Of a stretch of 64,000 bases of DNA, positions 37,157 through 46,388 are shown piece by piece. This stretch comes from a virus, in IMG/VR virus record IMGVR_UViG_3300032097_000030. The stretch is one strand, 5' to 3'. The notes under the pieces were generated by a model. The model did no database searches. It was not told where the DNA came from and was given only the letters and a program-made list of their open reading frames with translations. The translations under genes were made by a program, and so were the position numbers. The number at the start of each line of letters is the position of its first letter. Position 1 is the stretch's first letter.

Positions 37157-38350
37157 CTACGCTTTCTGCTGCAGCACTTTAATGGCTTCAGCTAAGATTA
37201 GCTTTCCATCCACTCGCTGACTGCCCTTAAATCCAACCTGACCTGTTGCGGCATAAAGTTCATTTAGTCTTTGGAAGGACCTGCCTTGTCTATCTGCCAC
37301 CCAGTAGTAGCCAAAGTCACCAAAGGCTATTGTTTTAGCCGATGCTGCAATCGTCGGCACATAAGCAGAAGTTTTCACCGGGCGGTTCAGGATGGTGTCC
37401 GGCTGACCCGCTGTAATTGAAGGCTGCCAAATGTACTGGCCGCTACCGTCTTTTAGCTTTCTGATGGCCTTAATCGTTGCATCGTTCATTACAAAGACAG
37501 CTCTTTTGCGGTAGGGCGATTTGAGGCTATAGAACAGATCCATCACTTCATCCACTGTAAGGGCTGTGGCAGAAGCTGCAGTCACGCCAAGTTCTGCACC
37601 GCCGGTAGCATTGAAAATACCGGTCGGCTTTCCAGTTCCATCGCCAATAAAGAAGGCTTCTTCTTCCTTAGCGCCAATACGGCGGGCAAACTCCTTGGCA
37701 ATATATGCCTGTAAATTAAAAACACTATCATTAAGGAGTTCTTCTGACACCTTAATCATAGTGGCAAGTTTGTAAGCGCCTATGGATACTTGGGTGAATG
37801 CATCGTCTGATTCTGGAATTGGTCCTTCTTCATCCACCCAGGATGCTGTCCCTTTAGAAGCGACAACCGGAATTTTTCTATCCCCGGAAGATGTGGTGAT
37901 GATCTTGGCTAGGGATCTAAAAATGTTCTCTTCTTCAAGAGCTTGGATCAGGGTTCTTTCAAACTCATCTGGAACCAGATAGCCTCCTTCAGAATCAGTT
38001 CCAATCTGCAGGGCGTTTTGCACATCAAAGCTATTCTTGTTTCTTAGGGCTCTCCAGAAAGCTTCTTTGTATTCATCGGTTGCTCGCCCGGTTTTATGTT
38101 CATCTGTTCCACCGGGTTTTGAAGTGATCGGGCGATTAACTGGCTTTGCAAGCTCTAAATCAAGGGCCTGCTGTCTTTCTAATCTGTCAATATCCTTACC
38201 GAGACTTACCACTTCTGCTTCCATCTTTTCATAATTGGCCGTGTCTTCTGCAGAGATTAAACCATCTTCTCCTCTTTTGGAATCGAGAAAGGCTTTAGCC
38301 TGCTCCCAAACCTTTGCTCTTTTTTCACGCAGCTCTAAAATTTTACTCAT
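37157..38350 (-). CDS. major capsid protein, HK97 fold
   Basis: GTDSEGGYLVP, WVDEEG, LKDGSGQYIWQP, FGDF, RVDG. Confidence 0.95.
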   Translation of the reverse strand: MSKILELREKRAKVWEQAKAFLDSKRGEDGLISAEDTANYEKMEAEVVSLGKDIDRLERQQALDLELAKPVNRPITSKPGGTDEHKTGRATDEYKEAFWRALRNKNSFDVQNALQIGTDSEGGYLVPDEFERTLIQALEEENIFRSLAKIITTSSGDRKIPVVASKGTASWVDEEGPIPESDDAFTQVSIGAYKLATMIKVSEELLNDSVFNLQAYIAKEFARRIGAKEEEAFFIGDGTGKPTGIFNATGGAELGVTAASATALTVDEVMDLFYSLKSPYRKRAVFVMNDATIKAIRKLKDGSGQYIWQPSITAGQPDTILNRPVKTSAYVPTIAASAKTIAFGDFGYYWVADRQGRSFQRLNELYAATGQVGFKGSQRVDGKLILAEAIKVLQQKA

Positions 38351-39053
38351 TATGGTTTCCCCCTTTAGGTTTTAAGAGGCCAAGCCTCTTATCAAGTTGT
38401 GTGATATCTGTTCCAGTTTTCTTTGTCTTTTGCGGCAGTTTATTTAAGAATGAATTGACGACTGCCATTTGGCTGTAAATCATTCCTTCCTCTGGTGATG
38501 CTTGATCATTTTCTTTTGCGAACATGACGCCGTCACAAAAGCCAAGCTCCACTGCCTTTTTCGAATTAAACCAGCTTTCAGCATCCATTAGGTGTGAAAG
38601 CTTTGCCCTTGAAAGACCGGTCTTCAGTTCATAAGCGTTGACGATGCTTTCCTTCACCTCACTGAGCATACCCTTGGCCTTTTCCATTTCCCCTGCATCT
38701 CCAAAGGCGATGGTCATGGGGTTATGGATCATCATCATGGAAACAGGGGACATCAGCACCTCACCGCCAGCCATAGCAATAACCGACGCGGCACTAGCTG
38801 CAATCCCGTCAATCTTCACTGTAACCTCACCCTTATATTCCATCAGCATGTTGTATATTTGACTTGCTGCGAAGACGTCACCCCCAGGTGAATTAATCCA
38901 GATGGTAATATCACCGGTACCATCTAATAGTTCTGCTTTAAACTGTTTAGGTGTTACCTCATCGCCAAACCAGGTCTCTTCAGCAATGACTCCGTCAAGA
39001 TAAAGGGTTCTTCCGTCCTCATCCTTGACCCAATTCCAAAATTTTTTATTCAC
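38343..39053 (-). CDS. ClpP-like head maturation protease
   Basis: INSPGGDVF, GIAASAAS, MMIHNP, ESWF. Confidence 0.93.
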   Translation of the reverse strand: MNKKFWNWVKDEDGRTLYLDGVIAEETWFGDEVTPKQFKAELLDGTGDITIWINSPGGDVFAASQIYNMLMEYKGEVTVKIDGIAASAASVIAMAGGEVLMSPVSMMMIHNPMTIAFGDAGEMEKAKGMLSEVKESIVNAYELKTGLSRAKLSHLMDAESWFNSKKAVELGFCDGVMFAKENDQASPEEGMIYSQMAVVNSFLNKLPQKTKKTGTDITQLDKRLGLLKPKGGNHNE

Positions 39054-40279
39054 TTATCTCCCTCCAATCCTCCGGTATTCTTATTTGCGTATGCACCAAC
39101 ATCTTCAAGCTTAAGCATATTTCCATTCATGGCATAAACATCTCCGTGCTCAATTGCATTCATATTCTCCAAAGCTCTTACGTCATTTGGGCTTAAGAAA
39201 CCGTTTTGTATTCCCACAGCATAGCCTTGCATCCTGGAAGTGTAGTCTCCTCTTAAAAGGCCCTCCACTAAAAAGGCAGCAAAATATTTACCTTTTTCCG
39301 CTTTGCTAAACAGTGCTTTATTTATGGATTGCTCGATCCTTACCAACCAAGGTCTTATGGTATGCACTACAAAGCTAATAGACTGATGTTCGATGTTGCT
39401 GAAAGTCGCCTTGTCAAGGCTAGCCACAAGATGGGGAGGAACTCTAAAGATTCTGCAGATTTCCTCCGTCTGAAATTTCCTCGTCTCCAAAAACTGCGCT
39501 TGCTCAGGCGGAATGCCAATGCTTTGAAATTTCATCCCTTCTTCTAGGACTGCAATGCGGTGCGCATTAGCACTTCCCTGATAAACTGTGTTCCAACTTT
39601 CTCTGATTTTTGCCGGGTCTTTCACCACCCCGGGATGTTCTAAAACTCCGCCGGGGCTGGCCCCGTTAGCGAAGAACTTAGCTCCATATTCCTCTGTGGC
39701 AATGGCCATCCCGATAGCGTTTTTAGCCATAGCGATAGGGGAGTATCCCACCAGACCGTCAAAGCCAAGCCCCGGTATATGAAGGACTTCTTCGCTTCTA
39801 AGGATTGCTGTGCCGGTTTCTGTTTGGTATTGATAGTAAAGCTCGCCTTTAGAAGTGCGGTTCACCGTCATTTTGTCAGGGAGCAGGGGAAAGAGGCTTA
39901 AGATATTTCCTCTGCCATCTCTGATAATCTGTGCATAGGCATTTCCCCATAATAAAAGATGACTCATCAGTGTTTCTCTGAACACAAATGAAGTCATCTC
40001 TGGGTTTGGCTCATCGTGGAGCTTGTAATATAGGTTGTGACCCACCGCTTTTTCCTTGCCGCTATCGGTGTGTTTATATATATGAAGCGGCAGGCTTGCT
40101 ATGGTTTCTGCCAGTATCCGAACACAGGCATATACTGCAGTGGTCTGCATGGCAGTTCTTTCATTTACTGCTTTTCCGCTTGTGGCGCTGCCAAAGAAGA
40201 AGCTATAGGTGCTTGGCCATAAGCTGTTTTTCGGGCTGGCTCTTGACTGGAATAACGTTGACAAAAAGGGTATCTTCAT
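39050..40279 (-). CDS. portal protein (HK97 type)
   Basis: TAVYACV..LAE.IASLP, LLLWGNAY, VLHI, G.SPI, FRVPP; start ATG 40279. Confidence 0.95.
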   Translation of the reverse strand: MKIPFLSTLFQSRASPKNSLWPSTYSFFFGSATSGKAVNERTAMQTTAVYACVRILAETIASLPLHIYKHTDSGKEKAVGHNLYYKLHDEPNPEMTSFVFRETLMSHLLLWGNAYAQIIRDGRGNILSLFPLLPDKMTVNRTSKGELYYQYQTETGTAILRSEEVLHIPGLGFDGLVGYSPIAMAKNAIGMAIATEEYGAKFFANGASPGGVLEHPGVVKDPAKIRESWNTVYQGSANAHRIAVLEEGMKFQSIGIPPEQAQFLETRKFQTEEICRIFRVPPHLVASLDKATFSNIEHQSISFVVHTIRPWLVRIEQSINKALFSKAEKGKYFAAFLVEGLLRGDYTSRMQGYAVGIQNGFLSPNDVRALENMNAIEHGDVYAMNGNMLKLEDVGAYANKNTGGLEGDK

Positions 40280-40305
40280 ACACTTTCCTCCTAAAAATGG
40301 GCATG

Positions 40306-40331
40306 AAAATAGCACCTCATATTGAGATGCT
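40306..40331 (-). terminator. hairpin between antitoxin and portal
   Basis: TAGCATCTCA/TGAGGTGCTA stem then TTTT on minus strand. Confidence 0.5.
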
Positions 40332-40386
40332 AAATAACATGCGGTTGGATAGTCTAACTTACTTTAACCGTCCTTGAATTAATTTG

Positions 40387-41406
40387 TTACTCAATTGAAA
40401 GACTCCCTGCGAACGAATAATGAATTACGCAATTCTTTGGTGTGTTTTTGTACGCCTCTTCGTCGTGCATCTTTTTTACAATTTGTGGAGTGGTAAGTTC
40501 CCCGAATTCATTAATAATCTTATCAATTGAAGCAATCTCATCATCTGAAAGGTTCTTAATTTCAAAACCTGGAGTCGGCTTAAATTTATAGGCAATTTCG
40601 TCATATAAAACGATATCAAAACTGACTCCTTCTAACTTTACAATTTGGTCATGCCCCTCTGGTACAGCGCCCATAGGTAATGCACTATACGCAAGACCTG
40701 TTATTGCGTTTCCATGCCTTTTAAAGTTTAATATGTCTGAGTACCACAACATCTTCATAAGTTTCACCTTGTGAAGATTACTAACTCTTTGGGCAAGATA
40801 ATTAATGACTTCAACAACTTTATCAAGCCTTAGTTCCATAGAGCCAGGCACAGTTTCTTCTTCAAAGTCGGCATAAATTGCATAGATTGCGTCTATAAGA
40901 TATTGGTTCTTTCTTTTATTGTATTCTTCATTAGCCTCATGAAAATATTTAGCAAAAGCTTTTTCTGATAATCTATCTTTTGCTCTTTTAAGCATATCCA
41001 GTAACCATTTGGGGTCCGAGTCAATTTTTCTTAAAACATCATCATGAGCTCTATCCTGTACTTGATGGTTTTCATATCGTGTTATTGTGGCTCCTCCCCA
41101 ATCAAGGATTTCAGAAAAGTCTTTTTGGCTAATTCCGTACTTTTCTCTTAAATTCTTGATCTCACTGGAGGTTAATAAACCCATTTTCTTTCTATAAGCA
41201 TCTTTTACAGCAAGGTTATTTGCTCTAATCATATCCTCTGTTTCCAACAATTCATCCGTGTTAGAGCAATATTCATAGATGGATGTGATTTCTACCTCGC
41301 CGCCCTTAAAAATCTCTTTCTCCTCAATTTCAACAATACTTACATCATGTTCTTCCATACAACTCAAACAGAGTTTGTGCTCGCTTCTTAAAGTTTCCAT
41401 TTTCAT
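40387..41406 (-). CDS. antitoxin: MqsA-like Zn ribbon + XRE HTH + DUF4065/Panacea-like domain
   Basis: CLSC...YCS; REKYGISQKDFSEILDWGGATITRYE; KLMKMLWYSD...ITG..Y...PMGAVP. Confidence 0.8.
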   Translation of the reverse strand: MKMETLRSEHKLCLSCMEEHDVSIVEIEEKEIFKGGEVEITSIYEYCSNTDELLETEDMIRANNLAVKDAYRKKMGLLTSSEIKNLREKYGISQKDFSEILDWGGATITRYENHQVQDRAHDDVLRKIDSDPKWLLDMLKRAKDRLSEKAFAKYFHEANEEYNKRKNQYLIDAIYAIYADFEEETVPGSMELRLDKVVEVINYLAQRVSNLHKVKLMKMLWYSDILNFKRHGNAITGLAYSALPMGAVPEGHDQIVKLEGVSFDIVLYDEIAYKFKPTPGFEIKNLSDDEIASIDKIINEFGELTTPQIVKKMHDEEAYKNTPKNCVIHYSFAGSLSIE

Positions 41407-41871
41407 TCACCCCTGTTTTTTCCTATAAGGAAAATCATCATCCACAAACTTCTCTTCAGCAAAATGGAACGACATAACAAAGATATGGTTATCGCCGCCA
41501 GCAGCAATCGCATCTAGAATTTCTACTCTAATTTTTATATAGACATCTTCATCAGAATATTTTTTGCCGAATACTGTCATTTCTGATCGCTTTGGATATC
41601 TTTTATCTTTAACTGTTTCAATATAGTCCTCTACAGTTAGCTGTTCTAGCTCTCTTTTCATAACTTCTACTTCATCTTCATCTGGAAATAGGGTTAGCAT
41701 AGTATACCGGTTTGTGTATTTTTTATCCCTGCGTTCATCTACCTTACGATCTTTTTGAAACTGAACCTTAGCATTACCGCTGTTTATTGCATATTGTAAT
41801 CGATCTATATACGTTGAGATGTCCGCTTTTCTTTCTATTCTTTTTTCTTCATGTGCTTCGCTTTTCTTCAT
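41407..41871 (-). CDS. MqsR-like (RelE-fold) toxin
   Basis: YIETVKD...P...VFGK.Y...VYIKIR...VMSFH; abuts antitoxin. Confidence 0.7.
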   Translation of the reverse strand: MKKSEAHEEKRIERKADISTYIDRLQYAINSGNAKVQFQKDRKVDERRDKKYTNRYTMLTLFPDEDEVEVMKRELEQLTVEDYIETVKDKRYPKRSEMTVFGKKYSDEDVYIKIRVEILDAIAAGGDNHIFVMSFHFAEEKFVDDDFPYRKKQG

Positions 41872-41922
41872 TATAACACTCCCAAAATTCCTTTGTCAAT
41901 TTTTTTGGTATCAATTGATACC
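41870..41922 (-). promoter_or_regulatory. consensus sigma-A promoter plus 16-bp palindrome
   Basis: TTGACA (41894-41899)-N18-TATAAT (41870-41875); GGTATCAATTGATACC at 41907-41922. Confidence 0.55.
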
Positions 41923-42055
41923 GATATTTCCTGGTTAAATATGCCAAAGCCAAAGTAATTATCTCATAAAGCATTTTGAAAAGGAAGCCCCTTGGCGTTA
42001 TCGGTGTCAGAATTTATCAAATTCTAGCATTTAGGGTCGTATTCCGAAACTTATG

Positions 42056-42083
42056 AAAAAAACCGCCCTTCCATAAGAGCGGT
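42056..42083 (-). terminator. terminator after 42088 ORF
   Basis: ACCGCTCTT/AAGGGCGGT stem + T7. Confidence 0.65.
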
Positions 42084-42087
42084 AATC

Positions 42088-42390
42088 TTACTTTTTCGTG
42101 TCACAAAATTTAACATATTTATTTACTGCTGTCCTTAAACTTGATAACCCATTTTTGTCCTTGGGAAGATTGACAGTTTCTACTATTTTCTCTGAACACT
42201 CGAAGGATATTGTCTCAAGTATTAGGTTACATCGGTCCTTGTTGTACTCGTCATCTAGATTTATCGTTCGCTTTAAATGCTCTGTAAGCGCTTCTTCCAC
42301 ACGTCTCACTCTTGATAAATTATCGCTGGTTTGTCTTTTATCCCTACCATCCACATACACTAGCCAATCAGAAAACGCATCATTTCTCAT
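42088..42390 (-). CDS. hypothetical moron protein (100 aa)
   Basis: Likely ATG 42390; own terminator. Confidence 0.65.
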   Translation of the reverse strand: MRNDAFSDWLVYVDGRDKRQTSDNLSRVRRVEEALTEHLKRTINLDDEYNKDRCNLILETISFECSEKIVETVNLPKDKNGLSSLRTAVNKYVKFCDTKK

Positions 42391-42614
42391 ATCATCACCC
42401 CTAGAGGGGATTATATCACAATATTTGGTAACCCGGTTTAGCAATTTGATAGTTTACATACGTCAATTATCGAAAAATCTTACGGCCCTGTTTCTATCGT
42501 AGAGAAAGTTTTATTTTTTTTGTAAATTCTATTGTGCTTTTTCCAATAATATGGTATTTTAGTTATGGTGTTTCAGATAACTGAAACTACTTATAATATG
42601 AGGAGGTTTTATTT

Positions 42615-43022
42615 ATGAAAGCAACTTTTAACGACTTCATTAGGAAAGCTCCCAACTACAAGAAATTTAAAGGCAATGCAGAAGCAATCCATATCTTTAA
42701 TGAGATCCTTTCTGATGATCAAAACATTATTGTAATGATTGATGCTAGTGAAGCAGGAAAGCCTGCATTATGCGCTTGCCTGGAACAAGTTGAAGATTAT
42801 TACTTAAGCCAAGCATTTCCCACCTTTGACTTAAGGGATAATTTTACTAAGCAGGCACTCGGAACGATGGTACGTATTGTCCTTGAACCCTTCGGTTATT
42901 TAACGAAATCTCAGAAAGACATTCCTAAAAGTTATAACGCAAGGTTTGTCACTTCAGCCATGACCTATGCTAAAACAGGACCGGCTACCATGAGAGTAGT
43001 CAGAAGGATTGAACAGATTTAG
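42615..43022 (+). CDS. hypothetical moron protein, opposite strand
   Basis: RBS GAGGAGG; 135-aa ORF converging on terL. Confidence 0.7.
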   Translation: MKATFNDFIRKAPNYKKFKGNAEAIHIFNEILSDDQNIIVMIDASEAGKPALCACLEQVEDYYLSQAFPTFDLRDNFTKQALGTMVRIVLEPFGYLTKSQKDIPKSYNARFVTSAMTYAKTGPATMRVVRRIEQI

Positions 43023-43023
43023 T

Positions 43024-44577
43024 TTATAGCACCAAAATCCCTCTCCCATCATAAACACTTTCTCTATTTTCATTCCTTATAGCCCTATCCAAGGCCATAA
43101 TAAGAGCTACAGCACCGTCAATACGCTCGGTGCTTTTTTCTTTGTCAGGCTTTATATTACCAGCCGGGTCGGTTTTTACAAAGATATTGTCCATCATCCA
43201 TCTTAGAACCGGGTTACCCCCATGAGCAATTTTCCTTTCAAGGGTCAGTTTCATCAGTTCTTTCGAAGGTGGCGACATATCCTTATAACCTTGTCCAAAG
43301 GGAACCACACAAAAACCCATCCCTTCAAGGTTCTGCACCATCTGCACAGCACCCCATCTATCAAAAGCAATTTCCTTAATGTTATACTTTGTCCCCAAGT
43401 CTTCAATGAAAGCCTCAATAAAGCCGTAATGGACGACATTTCCTTCAGTGGTTTTGATGTAGCCCTGCTTCTCCCAAATATCATAGGGCACATGATCCCG
43501 CCTGACTCTTACTTTCAGGTTGTCATCCGGCATCCAGAAGTAAGGAAGCACAATGAATTTCTCTTCTTCTGTCCTTGGTGGAAAAACCAGCACAAACGCC
43601 GTAATATCTGTGGTGCTGGAAAGGTCAAGGCCGCCATAACATTCTCTGCCTTGAAGCTTGTCGATATCAGCTCTTTCATTACAGGCATCCCATTTCTCCA
43701 TTTGCATCCAGCGGGTTGATTGCTTCACCCACTGATTAAGCCTCAGCTGTCTGAAAAGATTTTCTTCCGCAGGATTTTCTTTTGCGCTAAGATAAGCATT
43801 TCTAACTTTTTCTATATCAATGGTATGGCCTAGAGATGGATTAGCTTTATACCAGTTTTTCTCATCGGACCAGTCAGCCTCATAGTCAATCCCAAAAATC
43901 ACTGGGTAAAAAGTGGGGTCAATTTTTCTTCCTTCCAGGACATCCACTGCCTTTTGATGCACCTCATAACAGATGGAGTGCCTATCTGTTCCTGCTGTGG
44001 TTATTAGGAAAAACAAAGGTTGAAGTCTTGCATCGCCAGAGCCTTTTGTCATCACATCATATAGGTCCCGGTTCGGTTGCGCGTGTAATTCATCGAAGAC
44101 AACCGCGTGAACGTTAAGTCCATGTTTGGTGAACGCTTCTGCAGACAACACCTGATAATAGCTATTTGTCGGTTTATAGACCAGACGCTTCACAGACATC
44201 ACCGGTTTAAATCTCTTCTTAAGGGCGGGGGACTGATCCACCATATCAACAGCAACGTCAAATACAATGGAGGCCTGTTGTCTATCCGAAGCACAACCAT
44301 ATACTTCAGCACCCCACTCACCATCACCAGAGGTCATGAGTAATGCAACCGCAGCTGCCATCTCACTTTTACCATTCTTCTTGGGAATTTCAATATAGGC
44401 GGTGTTATATTGCCGGTAGCCGTTTTCCTTCACCGTACCAAACACATCCCGGATGATTTTATCCTGCCAAGGCAGAAGGTCGAAAGGCACGCCTCGCCAT
44501 TGGCCTTTTGTATGTTTTAAGCAGTTGATAAAGTTGACGGCATGCTGTGCTTTTCTCTCATCATGCACCCTTACCAC
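43024..44577 (-). CDS. terL: terminase large subunit
   Basis: IPKKNGKS, FDELH, ITTAG, GGLDLS, KIDGAVA-like RIDGAVALIMAL. Confidence 0.95.
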   Translation of the reverse strand: MVRVHDERKAQHAVNFINCLKHTKGQWRGVPFDLLPWQDKIIRDVFGTVKENGYRQYNTAYIEIPKKNGKSEMAAAVALLMTSGDGEWGAEVYGCASDRQQASIVFDVAVDMVDQSPALKKRFKPVMSVKRLVYKPTNSYYQVLSAEAFTKHGLNVHAVVFDELHAQPNRDLYDVMTKGSGDARLQPLFFLITTAGTDRHSICYEVHQKAVDVLEGRKIDPTFYPVIFGIDYEADWSDEKNWYKANPSLGHTIDIEKVRNAYLSAKENPAEENLFRQLRLNQWVKQSTRWMQMEKWDACNERADIDKLQGRECYGGLDLSSTTDITAFVLVFPPRTEEEKFIVLPYFWMPDDNLKVRVRRDHVPYDIWEKQGYIKTTEGNVVHYGFIEAFIEDLGTKYNIKEIAFDRWGAVQMVQNLEGMGFCVVPFGQGYKDMSPPSKELMKLTLERKIAHGGNPVLRWMMDNIFVKTDPAGNIKPDKEKSTERIDGAVALIMALDRAIRNENRESVYDGRGILVL

Positions 44578-45052
44578 CGCCTTTTAAGAGCACCAGCTCC
44601 ATCGGATCATCCGCATCACCGGACTTATCCGTAACAAGTCTGCTTCTGGCAGAAGGTGTTAACCCAAACTGCTCACAGAATCGGTTCATAATCTTCAAGT
44701 AGGTCTGGGCGATGGATACCTGGGGCACTTGTTGCCAGTACCCGGAGGGCGTTTTAACAATGGTTCCATGTTTAGTGATAAACTCTTCCGCTTCTTTCCA
44801 CCTTGCATAAGCTTGGCAGTATCCAGCAAAGGCAGCCATATCAACTTCTGAAAGTATACCTAGCTGCTCCAGTTGCTTGGCCATCCTACGCCATTCCTTT
44901 TTCGCGTCTGGTTCCAGCCATGTTGGGCATCTTGGCGCTTTCTTTTCCGGTTTAGGTTCATTCTGATTAAGCTCTCTTTTTCCAGGGTTACCTTCTAGTT
45001 CTTTAATTGCGGTGGGTTTTGGTTTTCTTCCACGTTGGGCCACAGGTATCAC
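44561..45052 (-). CDS. terS: terminase small subunit (P27 family)
   Basis: GRKPKPT...GNPGKR...P.WL...AKKEW...FGLTPSAR. Confidence 0.92.
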   Translation of the reverse strand: MIPVAQRGRKPKPTAIKELEGNPGKRELNQNEPKPEKKAPRCPTWLEPDAKKEWRRMAKQLEQLGILSEVDMAAFAGYCQAYARWKEAEEFITKHGTIVKTPSGYWQQVPQVSIAQTYLKIMNRFCEQFGLTPSARSRLVTDKSGDADDPMELVLLKGGGKGA

Positions 45053-45074
45053 CTCCTCTCCAAAACCGCCATAA

Positions 45075-45102
45075 GAAAAAGAGCCTATCTTCTGATAGAC
45101 TC
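45075..45102 (-). terminator. hairpin terminator
   Basis: GAGTCTATC/GATAGGCTC + T5. Confidence 0.55.
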
Positions 45103-45142
45103 AATTCCGAGTAAAATTAACCCCTAATACTTTATGGTTGTA

Positions 45143-45907
45143 TTACTCATCTTTCATATCCACTTTCCTGAAAGCCCCGCTGCCCTCAAGGTTAACAAGC
45201 AGCACCTTCCTAGTGGTTTTATACTCCTTACCGTTCATCCCCAACCGAATTAGCCAAGTTCTAAAAGCATACTTGGGATTGTCATCTTGGGTTGGTTTAA
45301 AAGATGAGCGTTTTAGCTTTTGGGCAGTTTGGTTGATAAATGCTATAAGGTCTTGAAAAGCAGCTATCTTATCAGCATCCAAGTTCTCCGCTGCCAGTTT
45401 AAAGGTAAGGGTCTCTTGTTCAAAATCAAAAGTTAAGCCTTGGCATCTTTCTGGCCCCAGTTCCATGAGGGCTGTTTTAAAATCTTCTATCGTACTAATT
45501 TCCTTCGAGCTTAAATCCTCTGCAAAGGTCTTATCCAACAATTCCTCCGTCAACTTAAAAGCCTTCATGATGAGGTGTTGTTTGCTGGCAAGCATGTTCA
45601 CGATGTTTTGTAATGTCACCCCGGTGTGCCCTTCGAGGGGTAGTTTGACTTCACAACCGTCAAAGCCAATGAGTTCTGGTTTATCTTCATTACCTTCTGG
45701 TGTACCCGTTTCTTCGGGCTGCTCTGCCTGCAAAATCTCTTCCAAAGTTGTAATCTTCCCACCTGCAGTTGTAATGGTTCCCTGCCTGTCAATGGTGTAG
45801 ATCTTTTCTCCTGCCGCAACTTCATAAGCAAAACTGGGCGCTCCTAAGTACTTATGTTTTACCCCTAGGAACTCACTCAGCTTTTTCACCATTTCTTTTC
45901 TATCCAT
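45143..45907 (-). CDS. conserved prophage hypothetical protein
   Basis: Y.GAPSFAY.V; C-terminal NPKYAFRTWLIRLG...RK.LL.NL.G..AF. Confidence 0.7.
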   Translation of the reverse strand: MDRKEMVKKLSEFLGVKHKYLGAPSFAYEVAAGEKIYTIDRQGTITTAGGKITTLEEILQAEQPEETGTPEGNEDKPELIGFDGCEVKLPLEGHTGVTLQNIVNMLASKQHLIMKAFKLTEELLDKTFAEDLSSKEISTIEDFKTALMELGPERCQGLTFDFEQETLTFKLAAENLDADKIAAFQDLIAFINQTAQKLKRSSFKPTQDDNPKYAFRTWLIRLGMNGKEYKTTRKVLLVNLEGSGAFRKVDMKDE

Positions 45908-46011
45908 TCTTTATCCCTCCTGTGTGTTTTGGTAGTCTATATATCACTCTAAACACAGGAAATAGCAAGATGTTTCTAATCAAAAAAGCAGGCCGCTAAG
46001 CCCGCTTCTGT

Positions 46012-46329
46012 TCATTCTTCAATGGCCGTATACCTTGGGTAATCATAACCTTCGCTGTTTACTAGCACCCGCTCGCCGGTATCAAGATTTGTCACCCTGA
46101 TGCACCTTATCTCCCCGTTTTGATTTGAACCGCCATCGTCTTTCTCAATCCAAGGTTGGTCTTCAAGCAGGTCCTTTACGAATTCCTGAAAAGCATAATC
46201 GTTAAGTGTAATCTCCTTTGTTACCTCATAAGTTGATCCAGTAAATCCCTCTTTCTTTGCTTGTCTGGTAGCCTCCATGAGTTCTTCAAGGCTTGCCATT
46301 TTTCTTCCGAAAAGTGCTCTCATTCTCAT
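46012..46329 (-). CDS. conserved prophage hypothetical protein
   Basis: RBS AGGAGG; EGYDYPRY C-terminus; own hairpin at 45982-46010. Confidence 0.7.
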   Translation of the reverse strand: MRMRALFGRKMASLEELMEATRQAKKEGFTGSTYEVTKEITLNDYAFQEFVKDLLEDQPWIEKDDGGSNQNGEIRCIRVTNLDTGERVLVNSEGYDYPRYTAIEE

Positions 46330-46388
46330 TACCTCCTGTGTTTTGTGGTATTCTATATATCACTCTAAACACAAGATTTAGCAAGGGT

